A DNA stretch of 64,000 bases from Balanoglossus misakiensis (GCA_040954595.2 CM082590.2:1302001-1366000), one strand, 5' to 3'. Shown: positions 1-14,282, numbered from the stretch's first letter. Notes: generated by a model not told the origin, from the letters alone. Translations and numbers: made by a program.

Positions 1-15
1 CGACGGATTTCCCCT
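1..15. mobile_element. Right end of a TTAA-flanked foldback MITE (same family as 30417-31017), cut by the window edge
   Basis: cgacggatttcccct+TTAA is identical to the right terminus at 31003-31021. Confidence 0.8.
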
Positions 16-19
16 TTAA

Positions 20-432
20 GGATGTACGTTCAGTAAAATTGAAAGTATTGTCATTTTTTTTAATTGTGGATTTTTGGATTCTCCTTTGTATGTATAATGA
101 AAATCCGTAATAAAATATAGGGGTCACTGCGCTTGTTTTAGAAATACAGAGCCATGAATTTAGTCGATAATAGAAGAAAACTGCTGACTCAGCATTTTTC
201 ACCAATGGTTTGTCTATGGGCAAAATTTTTGACGCAATTTATCTCAAAATAGAGCGCGGTGACCCCTATATTTTATTTAACCAATGAATTTATATTTGCT
301 GGACTGAGCTATGTGTAAAATTTCGTGAAAATGACAATAGTAGAAGTTTGTTTTCTAGCAATTTTCAATGTAATCCTATGGGAAAAAGACCGGGCGCGCA
401 CTGTTTCCGGTTTATGTTCTGCGCGTACATCC
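20..432. mobile_element. Non-autonomous DNA transposon (MITE), Kolobok-type ends
   Basis: TIR GGATGTACG / CGTACATCC with TTAA on both sides (16-19, 433-436); RR..YY termini plus TTAA TSD is the Kolobok signature; internal inverted repeat ataggggtcactgcgct / agcgcggtgacccctat. Confidence 0.8.
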
Positions 433-1044
433 TTAACAAAATTAAGACTTTTTGATAAAAGTTAGAGGATAACTGTTTTGTTAACTTAAACGATTTACAT
501 ATGCCCGTGTATGGCTAAAAGAACACATTTATGCTTTTGAATGAATGTGAGATGGCTAACAAGTGAAAATCTGTGATATGCCAGATCTGCAATGCAGCTG
601 TGGCTAAATTGGCATAGGGGACCATATAACTTTGAAATAGAATCCTGAATGTATTTAACTTCCAATATTAAATTTGACACACATGTTTTGCTATGCCAAT
701 CCAAATTGGCATAAGTTAGTATGAAAATTGTGAAATGGTATAATTACTGTGGTTCAGGTTACATTAAATATTTGCTTTGTGCAAGCAAGAGTTGACAAGG
801 TTTTGGTAAATTCTTTGAGCCATTATTTTCTGTCAATAAGAATTCACAAATTTTAATGTGATCAGCAAGTGCCATCAGACGGTTTGAGTGAAAATAGTTT
901 GTTTCTGTGGTCCTAAACTAAGCTACCCACAATCTGCAGCTGGTCAGTGCCAGATCTGATTCCGTGTATTCCATTAATACGTAACAATTGTTGTGATTGG
1001 TCAGCTCATTTTTGAGCTTCTAATGAAACCGATGCACATAAAAT

Positions 1045-1183
1045 AACAGTAAACGCCATATTGGGAATTCTGCCAACTTTTCCTCGATGTTATAAAAATG
1101 GCAAATATGTTTTTTTTTCTGATAGAGTGATCTCAAAGCTACCAAATTATGTAGAAATCAGCTGGACCGGACTTCATCTTTAA
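1045..1183. mobile_element. Diverged partial copy of the 30417-31017 MITE family
   Basis: acagtaaacgccatatt...tcaaagctaccaaattatgtagaaatcagct...tttaa aligns by eye to 30878-31021. Confidence 0.7.
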
Positions 1184-3044
1184 ACTACAAACAGTATGAT
1201 GTTGCTCTTTAAAACATCAAGCCATTTACTAATTCAGTTTCATTCCTACTATCCTAGCACAAAGACCAGGTTGAGGCACTTTCTTTTTGTGTGCATTATA
1301 AAAGTTCAGTTAATCTATAATCAGCCTTAGCAAAATCTTAGAAAATATTTATGTTGAGCAATGAGTACAAATAGTGTACTAGGTCTACATTTCATAAATT
1401 AAATAATAGCTATTTATACAGTAGAAATGGAACTCACATGACACATGTATTATTTGGCTTTATCAAAAGCTGATCATCTTTGACCAAAACAAACTAACAT
1501 CCCATCAAAAACTTATAAGTTATCGGTGAAATGCAAAGTTGGAAATATCAGTTATAGATGGTGCTTGATAAAAACAATCATTGAGTGATCAATACTATAA
1601 GAAACATAAAACACTTGGCTGTGGTGTGCATATTATACATGACTCTAAAGTTATCATCATCAACATTTGAAGGCTTACCTGGTTAGCCAAATAGTCTTCT
1701 GGAGGCAATATGGAGACCCAAGACCAATAGCTCTTCATACACAAAGACAACCTTCTTATGCCAAAATTTTTGAGCAAATGACTTCTAGCTTGGTGTAGTT
1801 TCACTATATATACCCCAGTACATGTGTGAAGACAACTTTCTAATGTAGCAAACTTAAAGTATATCATTTGTATCAATTTAAAAACAAAGAGGAAGCTGAA
1901 GTATCAAAATTGCACACCCCATCTGAAAATGTAGGACCCCTGAAGTCCAACTTTACTCCATGGAAAGGGACACAGATTCATGTCAATGCTTCCTTCAGGT
2001 AGTTTTGATTATAAAAAAAATATGAAGTATTAATGCAGTTAAAATTAATTTATAATAAAATGTCTCAGAAAACAAACACATTGCAGAAGTGTAGACACTG
2101 ATGGCTCAGTGGCAAAATAGCTCTGATCTGGAAGTACTTGTTCACATGTCAGTGAGAGTGGTATGAGTTCCATATACCAGTACAAGTTAACACTGTAATA
2201 TCTGTAAGTTTTAGCTGTTTTTCTGTATACCAAAGTCCAGAATTTGATGCATTTGTCCACAATAACAATGGTTGTTGAGCTTATGCATGGCTTGTTGACA
2301 TGAGAAAACTGGACATTTTCAATGATTCTATAGAGAGGAACAGATAGTGTGGTTGGTACTCAGAGCAAAAAGTAGTTGGAAATTACAATAGAGTCCCTGT
2401 AATCTTCTTATTGGCAACCAAAGCTAAAAACAACCCCCCCCCCCTTCATTTCTTACCCAATCAATTCTGAATGGTCAACACAGTTTGCCCCTCAAAATAT
2501 TTCATTCTAAGTGAAATTCAGTAACATATCATACATGTACACATGCCCATACTTTAATACAATCATTTACTTCCACATGCAGAAGAATTCCTTCTTTTCT
2601 TCATGCAAAGTAGATGAAATGTCAACCATAAGTCTCTGGTCAGCTGTCATTTTATGCATTATCTTTTGTCATTTTGATTTGTCAATTTATAAAAATCAAG
2701 ACACCATATGTCCGCATGAAGTGTGGCCCATTATTCCAACTTTTAAAAGACTTTTCAAAAATTAGAGCCAAAGTGATCACCTCTTGATTATACAGGGAAT
2801 GTTAACATGACAAAAACAGGTCATCAAAGTTTTAAAAGATCATGATACGTTAGAGATCCAGGCAATCGGATTAAAGTGTGATGAAGATCTGTGTTAATCT
2901 TTTCGTGCATCATTTTGCATCATTCTGTAATCGTTACTTTTGTAGGGTTCTCCTCAAATTCTGACTGCCATGTGTGAAAGTTTGACTGATGATAGAAGAC
3001 AAATGCAAGTGACGTGTTTGAAATATAAGGTTTATTAATTAAAT

Positions 3045-3385
3045 AATAACACATGATAGCGAGGGCAACATTATTCACATGATGACTGACAATGAGGGCA
3101 ACAGTGTATTTTGATGACCGAGGGCGCTGCTAGTCACAACTAAAACAGTCTTTTTTCGCCGAGGGCATAGCCCGAGGGAAAACAGACTGTTTTGGTGTGA
3201 CTGGCAGTCCCGAGGTCATAAAAAATGCACTGATACCCGAATATGTCAGTCATCATGTGTTTTATAACACACCGAACACGACACACACCACATCCAGGCA
3301 ACAGTACCGGGCAGAAACCGATCGAACTGATGTCCTAGTTTTGACGAATCACGATCGAGGGTTCGCTGCATGGTGTGTTATAACA
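3045..3385. mobile_element. Palindromic non-autonomous element (possibly Crypton-derived)
   Basis: Imperfect inverted arms cacatgatgactgaca...agtcaca..aaaacagtc / gactgtttt..tgtgact...tgtcagtcatcatgtg centred on cgagggcatagcccgagg; no TSD seen. Confidence 0.5.
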
Positions 3386-5718
3386 CGATTTGAAGCCTTC
3401 AAGAGGGAAGGTGATCTCTGACCATAATATTCATGATGCCCGAACCTCAGGCAAGGGTAGGTATGGTCAGAGAGCACCAGGCCCATGGCAGGGTTCAAAT
3501 CGTGATGATGCCTGAGCAACTTGTGGTATTAATTTTATTACGCCGGACATTTGAACATATAGCATAGAAGAACATTGTACATTGCAGTGAACTAAAATGT
3601 CTCGATCTCCCAAGAACTATACCTACTTCGATCTCAGATAGTTTTGAGGATACTGCGCTGTTGGTTGTGATTTTGTTGTATTTACTGTCCGTTTGCGGTA
3701 AAATATTGTCCAGTTGAACAGGTGTTAAGCCTATGTGTCGCTTTGAAGCCATAGATGCGGGAGTTGACTGATCGTGGAGGAAGCCATTGAACAACAGTTT
3801 GTTACGAGCAGAAGTCATGCGCAGAACACCAAAACAACCAAGCGGGCAATATCAACAGGGCTGAAAGCATATTACCTGAAATTATCACCAGATAATTAAT
3901 TTCTGGGAACTTGTTCTCCACTTTGATAATAAACACAGATTGGAACATTAATACTTTTGCTAGAATCTTGGAGTATTTAAATAAAGGCATTTAACAAATT
4001 CCTGAATGCCGTATTTTTGAATCTACTGTTTCATGAAGTACTCTGCGTGCATAGAAAATGTAGGTTAAAACCTCAGGAATATAAAATTGCAAGTAAAGAT
4101 CGACATGCATTTGTTTGCAGGGTGTTTTCATGCATGATGGCTAGCAAATGGCAGAAACTTTAGGCCTATTGAGAAGGGAACACATTGCATCTGATGGTGA
4201 TTCTAGGGAGTCTGTCTGTTCCTACTGTTTTGCATACTCTTCCGAACTTCCTGTATCCCACAACACTTGTATGAGAATCAGTTATACACAGGATGTTGGC
4301 TGCTGTTGAAACAAAGATGCTCATTTGCTTAAAACAAATCAATGTTGGCTTGGTACCCTTGTGAAGGAAATGACCCGCTTGTTCTCAGATAGACCTGGGA
4401 AAGAATTTGCAACGAGAACTGACCTGGTTTTTTGGTGGGAAGGACTTTACTTGTTCATTTGTTATCAGCCAATTACCATGAGGGTTTGTTGGCCAATCAA
4501 CGCACAGTAAATGAGATTACCCATAAGTCTCACTGATGTGTAGCTTTCACCTGTTGGATCACCCCAATTGCAAAAAGCATAATGTATAATAACTTTTGCA
4601 AACCCTTGGTTGAAAATTTTGAAAATAGTATTGACAAACTTGTAATTCATCATAAATTGATTTTAGGCCAGGTAAATAAAGACCAGATCACATTTTCTCA
4701 ATTTGAAACATTATTTCCCAGGGAAATCTGCTGTATCCTTCTGTTAACAGAAGCCCACAAATAGAGGTGTGTGTGGTGCTTGTGTTTTTGGACAATACAG
4801 AACAAAAGTACTTGTGTACCATGTCCATACATGGACATGTCATCTCTCTATAGGTACCCCCCCCCACACACACACATACACACACACACTGGTTATATCA
4901 GGAAAAAATCATCCTGGTTTTTTTTATTTGGCATCTATGTATGATGTCTCTATTTACGCACAGAATTCTGTGCGTAGAACGACACCGGTGGTAAATCTTG
5001 CGTGTAAGCTAATTGGTCACTCAATGTAAACCAAATGACATCATCGCATTCTAAATAAGGAAATGGAGGTGTGAAATTCCCGCGACGGGATGTGGGAGTG
5101 GTTTTAAAGGTGTATGAATATTCTTAACCAAGCTTTGTTAATTATATCATCCAACCACTGGCGCCCATCAACATTTGATAGATCACTCATTATCCATTCG
5201 TTACTAAGCGACCCTGATCGTTGCCAGGGCTACTATCTATCAGCTCAGCAGGACATTGCTAGCCTGTCACCAGGCGTTGGAATTCTAGAATCGACGCCCT
5301 GGTCTCTGGGCTAAAGTTTCAACTAACCCACCAGTTGAATGAGTAGAAAATACTCTCTGTATAAATTTCAAAAACCCTGGAGCAGGGTGTGTTTGCCTTG
5401 CCATGTAGCATGTGTGTGGGCCAACAGGGTTCAGGGAAATTTCTTGTAACCTCTGTCACGAATGTGTGGTTGCATTACAGAGGTCACAAAGGCTGGTACC
5501 TGAGGGCGTATCACATTAGGCAATGCAAACAAACATTCTGGTACTCACAAGACAAACACACAGACAAAGGTGTTTTGGTTTCCATAAAATAAGGTATTTT
5601 ATTTTTCATATTTCAACAGGGAAACACCGTAGTGACATATTTTAATTATTGGCCATGCACTTCTGTGTCCCTGTGGTCAAGGCAGTGAAGTTTGCCATAC
5701 TTGTTTTTGACTTTTATT

Positions 5719-6068
5719 TAAATGAACAGTCTCTCTCTCGCTGCCCTTTTTCCATTAATTATATTTGATAAGAGACAACGTTTGTTATTCTACACGTGAA
5801 TATATAGTGAATGATCGTAAACCACACACAACTTCCATCCCTCTTATAGACAGGAGAGTGAAAAAACACGCCAAAATGAATAATTGTTCTTTACCATTTA
5901 TTCATTTTGGGCGAGTTTTTACTCTCATATCCTACAAACGAGATGGAAGTTGTGTGTGGTCGATTGTTGATTCACCATATATCCACATGTAGAATAACAT
6001 AAACAGTGTCTTGTATCAAACATAATTAATGGAAAAAGGCCAGCGAGAGAGAGACTTTGTCCCTGTAA
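5719..6068. mobile_element. Foldback MITE with degenerate TTAA-AGGGAC-type ends
   Basis: Arms agtctctctctcgctg...acacacaacttccatc / gatggaagttgtgtgt...cagcgagagagagact; related copy at 36110-36378. Confidence 0.7.
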
Positions 6069-6231
6069 GGGTAAATCTTGGGGGGATATAGCAAAGATAC
6101 AAACTTTTTTTCTATTTGGCTGATGTTTTTGATTATATTTAAATGTTTCTGGAAAAATTGGGCATAGGTATGTCAATTGGCCAGGTCTTGTGATCTCGTC
6201 ACAACAGTGAAAAATTGTGCATTAATTAATT

Positions 6232-6376
6232 AAGCAATAACCCTCGCCGCAGGCGGGTATACATGAGATTTGGGTACAATTCGAGACATATACCATGAGC
6301 TGTTAGGCGAGTGATATATGGAGCGGATTGTACCCAAATCGAGTGTATACCCGACTGGGGCGGGGGTTATTGCTAT
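6232..6376. mobile_element. Palindromic element related to 31219-31523
   Basis: agcaataacc...gggtatac..gatttgggtacaat / attgtacccaaatc..gtataccc...ggttattgct inverted arms. Confidence 0.6.
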
Positions 6377-7423
6377 TATATTACATCAACAATTGTTTTT
6401 GTGGCGTATCAGTGTCATTTTCTTAATGAAACATCTTCAGAAAACGAAGTTATGAACGCAAACCAACATGGCGACGATCAATGTAAACACGAGAGCCACT
6501 TTGTCACTTTTTGTCATCTGATTCATGTTTAATGCTTGATATTTACATTCATTGTCCCGAGTTTGTATACATTCATAACTTTTGTTAAGTTTTACTTTTA
6601 TAATGTTCATGGTTACTTTAATCAACACTCTTTTTTATTTATGCTGGTGAACATGACTACAAAAGAAGTACTACATTTCACATTGGGTTTGGAGTAAATT
6701 CTCAACTTACTGAAAATCATTGTTGGACAATTTGGCTTGAAATTAAAACATGAACATGTAGTCATGTACATATCATTATACTTCTTAGCTGCATTTTGTA
6801 GAAATTACTGGTTCCTCTTTGGCTTAAATTGGTATTTTTTCTTTAATTTACAGTTGCAACGTGGTGGATAGACTGTCAGCAACTGCTCATACTTTTTGTT
6901 TCAACTGGCTATGCAGGCACAACACAGTTACATGCGAAACAAAGGCCAAACAGCACAATTGAGTATCAACAGTCTGCAAATATGTTCAGAATGTCTCATG
7001 ATTTCATCCCATTATTGAAGCAGGACTTTCATGACCTTCAAAGCATTTGCAACAGTATGCTTCATTCCTCCATGGTTGCAATGCAGCAATCCATAACAGG
7101 GGTATTTTGTTGGAAAACCATAGAAAGACTGATAACAAAGAAAATAGAAAAGTTAAAAGGGTCTTAATTCCCATGCCAACATAAATGATGAGCACAGGAA
7201 GTAGCCTGTACTATAAAGAGGCTAACCTTCATTCAGGATTTACACTAGTTTCTGGACCCTTCACATTTTACTGTGTTCTCAATTTATAGTTATTTATACT
7301 TTTGTCCATGCTTGTCATTCTGTAAATAAATTATATAATTATTATTATTATTACTATAATAGTAGTACAATATGTGTTTGTCAATCTGTACATCTTCCTG
7401 TTGGCGCAATATCCAAAGAACAG

Positions 7424-7560
7424 CTCTCTCTCTCTTTCTCCCCCCTCCCTCCCCCTTCCCCTCTCTTTGTCAATCACTCTCCCTGAGTCAGACAGACAGA
7501 CAGGTAGGTAGGCAGGCAGACTGACAGACAGACATAGATAGGTAGGTAGGTAGGTAGGGA
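7424..7560. repeat. Simple repeats (CT, CAGA, TAGG)
   Basis: Visible low-complexity tracts. Confidence 0.8.
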
Positions 7561-7789
7561 ATCAGAGATACAAATAGAAACGGATATCGTCAGAATGATT
7601 GATTATCAAGAGATAGGTCGCTCGCCAGATGTATAGATTTGAAAAGATAAGGTTTTACTGTACTATTAACCTAGATACTAGCCAACTGGATTTCTTAATG
7701 AGTTCTTGCAGACACCACACATGATGCAGGGCCAACAAAGCAGACCAAGGATGACTCGTTCTATATAATGTAAGGGTAGCTAGCAAAAC

Positions 7790-8570
7790 GATAGGCAGTA
7801 CAATTGTCTACAATGTTGTTTCATTAGTCATTGGACTCACTAACCAGTTTAATCTGCTGATGAGCGAGTCCAGTGACACATAAAAGGTATAGATTATAGG
7901 TATGCCAATGGGCCTAATTTTGAAAGGCAGTGAATAATGAGTGGAGCTAGGCGGGTAGTATTAATCAGCTAGGTTATGAAATTCTTTAAGGAGGAATTTG
8001 CTGGAGTGGCGACGTGCTAGCTGACGAGTTTATTGAGGGTGGCCTGTTTCGTTTTGCTTATGATAAAATATTTCTCCCAAAGGCATAGATTGAATCTATT
8101 GCTAATAGGTGTGTAGGGGTACCTTGTTTTAAGGGTTTTCATGTAATTTTGTGTCCTATGTTGTCATCCTTTAATTTCCAGATATATTTACTATAAGTTC
8201 TGTGCTGTTCTTTTTGGTGTGGTTCTTGAAGTAGTCTTTGCGGTTGTTGAAGCCGGTTTTGAAGGTATGTACCAGTAGTGAGTCCGACATACGTTTGGTC
8301 TGGTTTGTTGTCCTGTGTTTAAACCATGGCTTAGTATATGACTGACTCGGTCAGGCCTTGTCCGAGATTTGATTGTTCATGGGTGTCTGGCAGTTACATG
8401 GTTCTTTCATTTTACATTCCACTTGTCACGCTGAATCTGGATGATTCCGAGGCTGCCGTCCCTGTAAAGGCTGAAGCAGTTAACATGTTTTTTGGTGATC
8501 TGTTGAAGCAGGAAAGTATTGACAAGCTCTGATGGCATCGTAGCTGCCCATGGTGATGTCCCATGCCCAT
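7790..8570 (-). pseudogene. Penelope-like retroelement remnant (RT fragment + GIY-YIG endonuclease C-terminus)
   Basis: Minus-strand fragments DITMGSYD, ELVNTFLL..SLYRDGSLG (cf. MGSYDG..CELVG..LYRDDGL), KNSTEL/KYIWKLKD, NLCLWEKYFII, RHSSKFLLKNF; frameshifted and internally deleted. Confidence 0.75.
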
Positions 8571-9609
8571 GATGATGTATGTATGATGGTATGTCTGTAT
8601 GCATTTACAGTGTCTGTCTGTATGTATGTATCCATGTATGCTTGCAGAGTGGTGATCACCAGACAACTACACTTGTCTGATGATCGCCACAAGATGAAAC
8701 TCATAACTACACCACCAGCAGATCTGTCTTTTATATTTGTTTAGAATTGAAATGATGTCCATTCATTCTTGTTTAGAAAGGTTGAGTAGTCTGCCCTATA
8801 TACTAAATATTACATGTACCCCAGCAGGTAAGGGCATATATGATATTGTTTGATTTTCAGTTTTAAAATCTTGAACTTGATCCTATACATTACTGGGAGC
8901 CAGTGAAATGTCATCAGAATAGGTTTAATGCTTCTTTGCCTGTAATCCATAAAAAGGGTATTAGAATAATCAAGCTTTGACAGTTAACATCATCTTTATT
9001 TGGAAAGATTCACCAGTCACTGTAGATTTGAAATATTGAAATAATGAAAACCACCACCAATATGAAAAAAAAAATTGGAATTTCAGGAGGTTGAAAATGT
9101 AACAAATCAATTGTTGCTTAATAAATGAGATGTGAGGCAAGTGGTGGGATAAAAATCAAGCAGGTGTCATAGTAAACAACCCTATAATGCAATTCACCTG
9201 TTCGAATTGCATCATGATGTGAGACACGTGGTACCAGAGTATAGCTTATAACCAGCGGCGACTTACAAGCAAGCGTCATAGATGGTATCCCCATGACCGG
9301 AGTCGGTTGTTTGACTCACTATGCCATAGGCGAAGACATCGTGGTATCTAAGTAGAGTCTGTGCCATGCAATTTGAGGTGAACTACATGCTACTCGATGA
9401 AACCAAATAAATACAATATCTACTCTGATAAAGTCCCAAAGTTAGAGTCAATTATAAATGTCAAAACATGTAAGAAAATGTCTCTAGTAATATTACTGAA
9501 GTGAAAGTTTCTGATTAGAAAGTGTTCCTCTCTAGTTTGCTACACATGGCTAGAATAAGAAAATCCCTAGGCTATAAAAGTGTATTGAATGGTCAGAATA
9601 CACTACAGT

Positions 9610-10050
9610 CGTGGGTGTTTTGATGTATGCTTGGAGTCGCTTCTCCATCTACCCAAGGCTTTTATCAACCAGTCCAGTAGGATAATTCTGCTACTGTTAT
9701 GGCCGCTCCACTCAATCTGAAGCTATGGGTTGTGTTATGATGCACGTTGGGTACATAGGCAGAGGCTTGATGTCAAGTGCGTTCGATAGTCATGTTCGCT
9801 TGTTGCCAAGTGGGTCATGAACAGGTTGATAGTCACTTGTGATGTAAAGTGGCAATGCTTGGAAACCATGGGTATGACAAAAGTTGATATAGCCGATATG
9901 TGTCCGAAGTCAATCTTGTGCTTGGTGTGATGCTGATGTTGATGTATTTGTGTGCATTGGCGAAACTTGCTGACTGAGCAGTCCATAGGTGTGCAGGTCT
10001 GGTGGATTGGTTGCCTGGAAGACTGCTGATGGTTCCAACTTGCAGAACTT
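9610..10050 (-). pseudogene. Tyrosine recombinase remnant of a DIRS/Ngaro-type retrotransposon
   Basis: Minus strand THSFR..GAA then, after a frameshift, DWLIKALGRWRSDS (cf. HSFRIGAAT...IKxLGRWxSDxY) at ~9615-9735; upstream extent uncertain. Confidence 0.65.
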
Positions 10051-11195
10051 ACTGATCTGTTTAGCGGGATAAGAAATTGTCAATATCATTGTTAACACCA
10101 TCAATGTGTGTGCATGACATGTTAGTTATTTGTAGCTGCTGTGAAGAATATATTGGATTAATATCATGATCTGCAGGCAGGCTGATGTGCCTTTCTTCCA
10201 GATTTTTTCTTTCAGACGGTGGAATAGTATAACACACGTTGTCAGGCCCAAAGATTCCCCAAATTACCCCGTTAGACACAAAATCAGTATTTGTAGCAGA
10301 TAAAACTGATCAGGGTATTAAAACTTTCATTCAGTCTACAATAAAATCTAATATGTGTATGGTGAGTTGTTTACTTGCCAAAGTTGTGATATGATTGTTT
10401 ACCAGAGTTTTAGGAATACAGATAGTGCAAGTTGTGTACTGAATAAATAATAAATATATGCCATCTTATGCCAAGCAAGATTCTAAAATCATTATAAAAA
10501 GCTGAAGCCTGTCAATTGTACTTAATTAGTCAAAACACTCAATCAAAGTGCACATCTAAGTTTAATAGTGAATAAAAAAAATTTAGTCTGCTTCCCTGAT
10601 CCAGTTTTGTTACTGGCTGAAATTAGACTGGAGAATTATCACCGCAGAGGTGTAAATTCATTTGTCATCAGGTGCGATCAATATTTTTTATTGGCCAAAT
10701 AGATGAGAACGACTCCAATATGGTACAGATGTGGGAGACAGTATTACAAGATAGACACACAGAATTCTTATAATATTGCAACTACAAGTAATGCAACATT
10801 TTCATTATTTCTTGCATTTTCCCATGGTGGCGGCCATATTCGCTTGCGGCAAAGCTTTATTGTTTATCTGGTTAAAACTTGCATATGCACTCATATTTAG
10901 GGTTTATAATGCTTGTGTATAGTTCACTGCCTTCATCTACATGGACTAATGGTAGTACAGTTTAAAACAAAAATTATGACAATTATCCCAAAAGTTGCAG
11001 CTTATGTGCCTTTAATGATGTGGTGGTTAATAATTGGACTTCTCTTCAGTACCACATATGATGATGCACATGCATATATATGTCGTAGAACACTGTCCTA
11101 ATGCCAAATTTGAATGAGATCTGTTCAAGTTTGATATGGGCATAATGTATTTTCAATTTACTGTATTTTTTGTCATGAATAAATTGATAACTAAC

Positions 11196-14100
11196 CTTGC
11201 ATTAAGGTAGTAGGGAATCTTCTTCAGAAACCGGGTGTCAAAGATGATATTTCTGAGAACTTGGTGAGCCCTGATTCCCTTTTTCAGCCACTCCCTTCCT
11301 CGGTCTTCTTCTATATTCTCACTTAGTGGTCCATGGTAGCAGTGATTTGACCCTTCCACTCCCACATCCAAAATCCAGTTATGCTCATCGACCACATGGT
11401 GAATGAGACCACCCCACATCCCCTGTAACAAAAGAACATGTACGGTGTTAATTATAAGTTTATGTATGGCGCTTACTATATGTAATTGTACATTTAGGCT
11501 GCATTCACAAACACCTCTGGAGGGGGGGACGGGAGAATTCAATTTTTTTTACCGTTAATTTTCACATGCCCCCTTCAACAACCTGAAATATTTTCAAATC
11601 CCCCCCTTCCGAACTGCTAAAATTTTCAAATCCCTCCCCCCCACCCATTTTCTTTCACAGAGCAAAACACATCACCTATCTATCTTGTAAAAAAAGAAAA
11701 ACAGCGCTCCCATGAAAAGAATTTGAAACTGATGTACCCCCTCACTGAACATTGTTTTTATTTTTAAGTATTTGTATTCTGTGTTGGGAGACATTGTAAA
11801 CCGAGAATTGAAGGGGGTGGGAGGGGGTGTCCCCCTCCTACGTAAGAAAATTTTATAAAATACAGAGCTCAAAGCTGCATTTTAATGAACCCGGCAAAAG
11901 CAAACTAACTCAACTACTGGTATGTTGGGGAGGACAAATTTAACCGTCGCCGCTCAAAGTTATCATGGGGTGGGGGCAAATCCCCTGACCTGGAACACTA
12001 GACAAACCAGTCAGTGATTGAAAGGTGCTGATGAATGGAGGGGGTGGGTGTTGGAGGGGGTGTCCCCCTCGCACATTAGAAAATTTTGTAAAATAAAGGG
12101 CGCGAAACTGCATTTTTGTGGACTCAAAATAAATATTTAGTCGTCAAAGTTTTCAAGTCCCACCTTTCAGTCCCTAAATTATTTCAAATCCCCCCTTTAC
12201 ATACCCTCTATTTTTTCAAATCCCCCCCCTCAATTCTCCTGCCCCCCCCCTCCAGAGGTGTTTGTGAATGCAGCCTTATAGGTTTAGATATTATTCCTAC
12301 ATTTACTGCCGAAATTTTCCTCCGAATATTTTTGGCCATATTTACAGCTCGCATGTAAATGAAAGTACAGAGTAAATAGAAAACTTACTCTAAACTCCAC
12401 TTCACTAGATGCTGTATTACAGCAATACCAAAAATGGTTGGTGATATGCTTCGTCCATTTGAGAAGTATCCGGCAGTCTCTTTGTTGGCCAGCCTACATT
12501 TAAGTACTTCAAAAAAAACTTGATCACTGACTTGAACTAAAAAATCAACCTTTTGTAAGAACTAAACAATAAAGGCTGTAGTCACCTATTATTATTGTTT
12601 ATTATAGTGTAGTTGAAAAGTATGATACAGATGCTAATATATTCATCCTTGTTTAAAGATACACATACAGGAAGACACAGACAGACAGACAGACAGACAC
12701 CATTAGCCTGGTCACCATACCCAGTGTGTTTTAGATAGACTCACACACAAGGGTCTGGCCACAGAGTCAACTATCTTCCATTTTTAAGATCTGCATGTCA
12801 ATAGAACTCGAAATGCGATGTCACAGCAACGAGGTCACCATATGGTTTTGACTCTGACGTCTTTCAAGTCAATCACCGTACACTAATTATTTCCCAACTA
12901 TTAGCAATGCCCGGGTCATTGCTCCGGCCAATCAGTAGTGTGTCGCGTAAGGTGATTGTAGATTGTCATCAAGTTGATCTGAAACCATTACTGTATATTG
13001 TTTACAATCATTGGGTGGTGGTGGTGGTGGACGTGGGGTCAGTCTATGTATCTACTATGACATACGTTATGATAGAGTTGTGTGCACTGGTGAGAACTGA
13101 ATTGCAATTATACATTTTGGTTCAAGGCTATAACATCTGTTTTTATAATGAATATAAATGTAAACTTATTCATTTCAGCAGTTATCTGTGGGTGAGCATC
13201 TGTCACGATTTCTGATATCTGTAGACCAGTTATCTCCACCAAGCCTCTTTGGAACCCCTTCTTTTCCATGTTACACGACTTCTTGTCAGTCTCTCTTTTA
13301 TCAACAGTAGATAGTGACAGGATTTCTTTTGATTTGTTCTCCATTAAACTATAACTGCACTACTGGGCCGAATGACCAGGGGAGTCCATCCTTCCATCTC
13401 CTAAAAATATCAAAATGAATATAATTTCTCAACTAAATTTCAATTCAGCGTAATTTGTCTTTCAATATGCTACATAAACAAAATTTCTAACAGGTGGCCT
13501 TCGACTCATGTCACATTCATTGGTGTGCATATGTATACCACTGTAGTTCATATTTGTTTGACATTATTGCACTGAAGTCTTTTTTGGGGGATATACATAA
13601 AATTTAGATCTATGATATCCATAATGTATGAAACAATAGTGACATACCAAGTAAAACAACATCCATATCCATGTTTTGCTTCAAAAATTACGAAACAGAA
13701 CTACAGGCAGTATCAACATTACTAAGCATGTTATGTTGTGAAAAAAAAAATTACAGATTGAAACAACCAGACATCAACAGTGAGAAAAGGCTCAAATTGT
13801 ATCATGGAAAAATTTGAAATTTCCCTTTAAAGTTGATGAGAAAGAATCACAAATAAAACCAACTGACACACTGGTCTGCTCTAGTTCATTTTCTTTTTTC
13901 ATATAAATGTTCTAAGAATAATGTGTTTTTCTTCATTACACAGTGGCATTGCAATATACATGTAAAGCGTACTTACCCATTCCAGGTATAGTGCTGATCC
14001 AAGGAATTTGTGTTGAACTTCAACAAGTTGTTTGCAGCCTTCTAAACTGGATACTGGACTTATATTTCTTTTTGCTAAGACTAACAGCTGGTTCAAGTAT

Positions 14101-14282
14101 GTCAGACAAAATTGTCCATCTACTAGGTCAGGAATTTCCCTGCTGATTTAACATGTTGCACTCCATCCTCTGACTGAAAAGCTGTACAGTCATCTTCTGT
14201 CCCAGATGATTCATCGGTGCCAGAATCACCCCCTGCGTCTCCTTCACTGCCATAACAGACCTCAACACCATCAACGCCTTCA
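11196..14282 (-). pseudogene. Spliced Kolobok-type DDE transposase pseudogene (exons ~13977-14282, ~13170-13400, 12389-12493, 11196-11422)
   Basis: GDGRMDSPGHSAQ*CSYSLM..VDKRET..MEKKGF..EIVTDAHPQI; AGQQRDCRILLKWTKHITNHFWYCC; GMWGGLIHHVVDEHNW..CYHGPL..WLKKG..HQVL; ag/gt splice sites with matching phase between the last two exons; in-frame stops and missing exons. Confidence 0.8.
11497..12275 (+). mobile_element. PIF/Harbinger-type (Tourist-like) MITE in an intron of the Kolobok pseudogene
   Basis: TIR GGCTGCATTCACAAACACCTCTGGAGGGGG at both ends; TTA TSD at 11494-11496 and 12276-12278. Confidence 0.9.

Noticed and set aside
1595-2330. Possible exons on the minus strand (donor cag|gtaagc at ~1678)
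   Set aside because: No recognisable domain or consistent frame
3760-3900. Possible Crypton recombinase N-terminal fragment (QNTKTTKRAIS) on the plus strand
   Set aside because: Too short and degenerate, with no catalytic motifs; if real it would weaken the strand-bias finding
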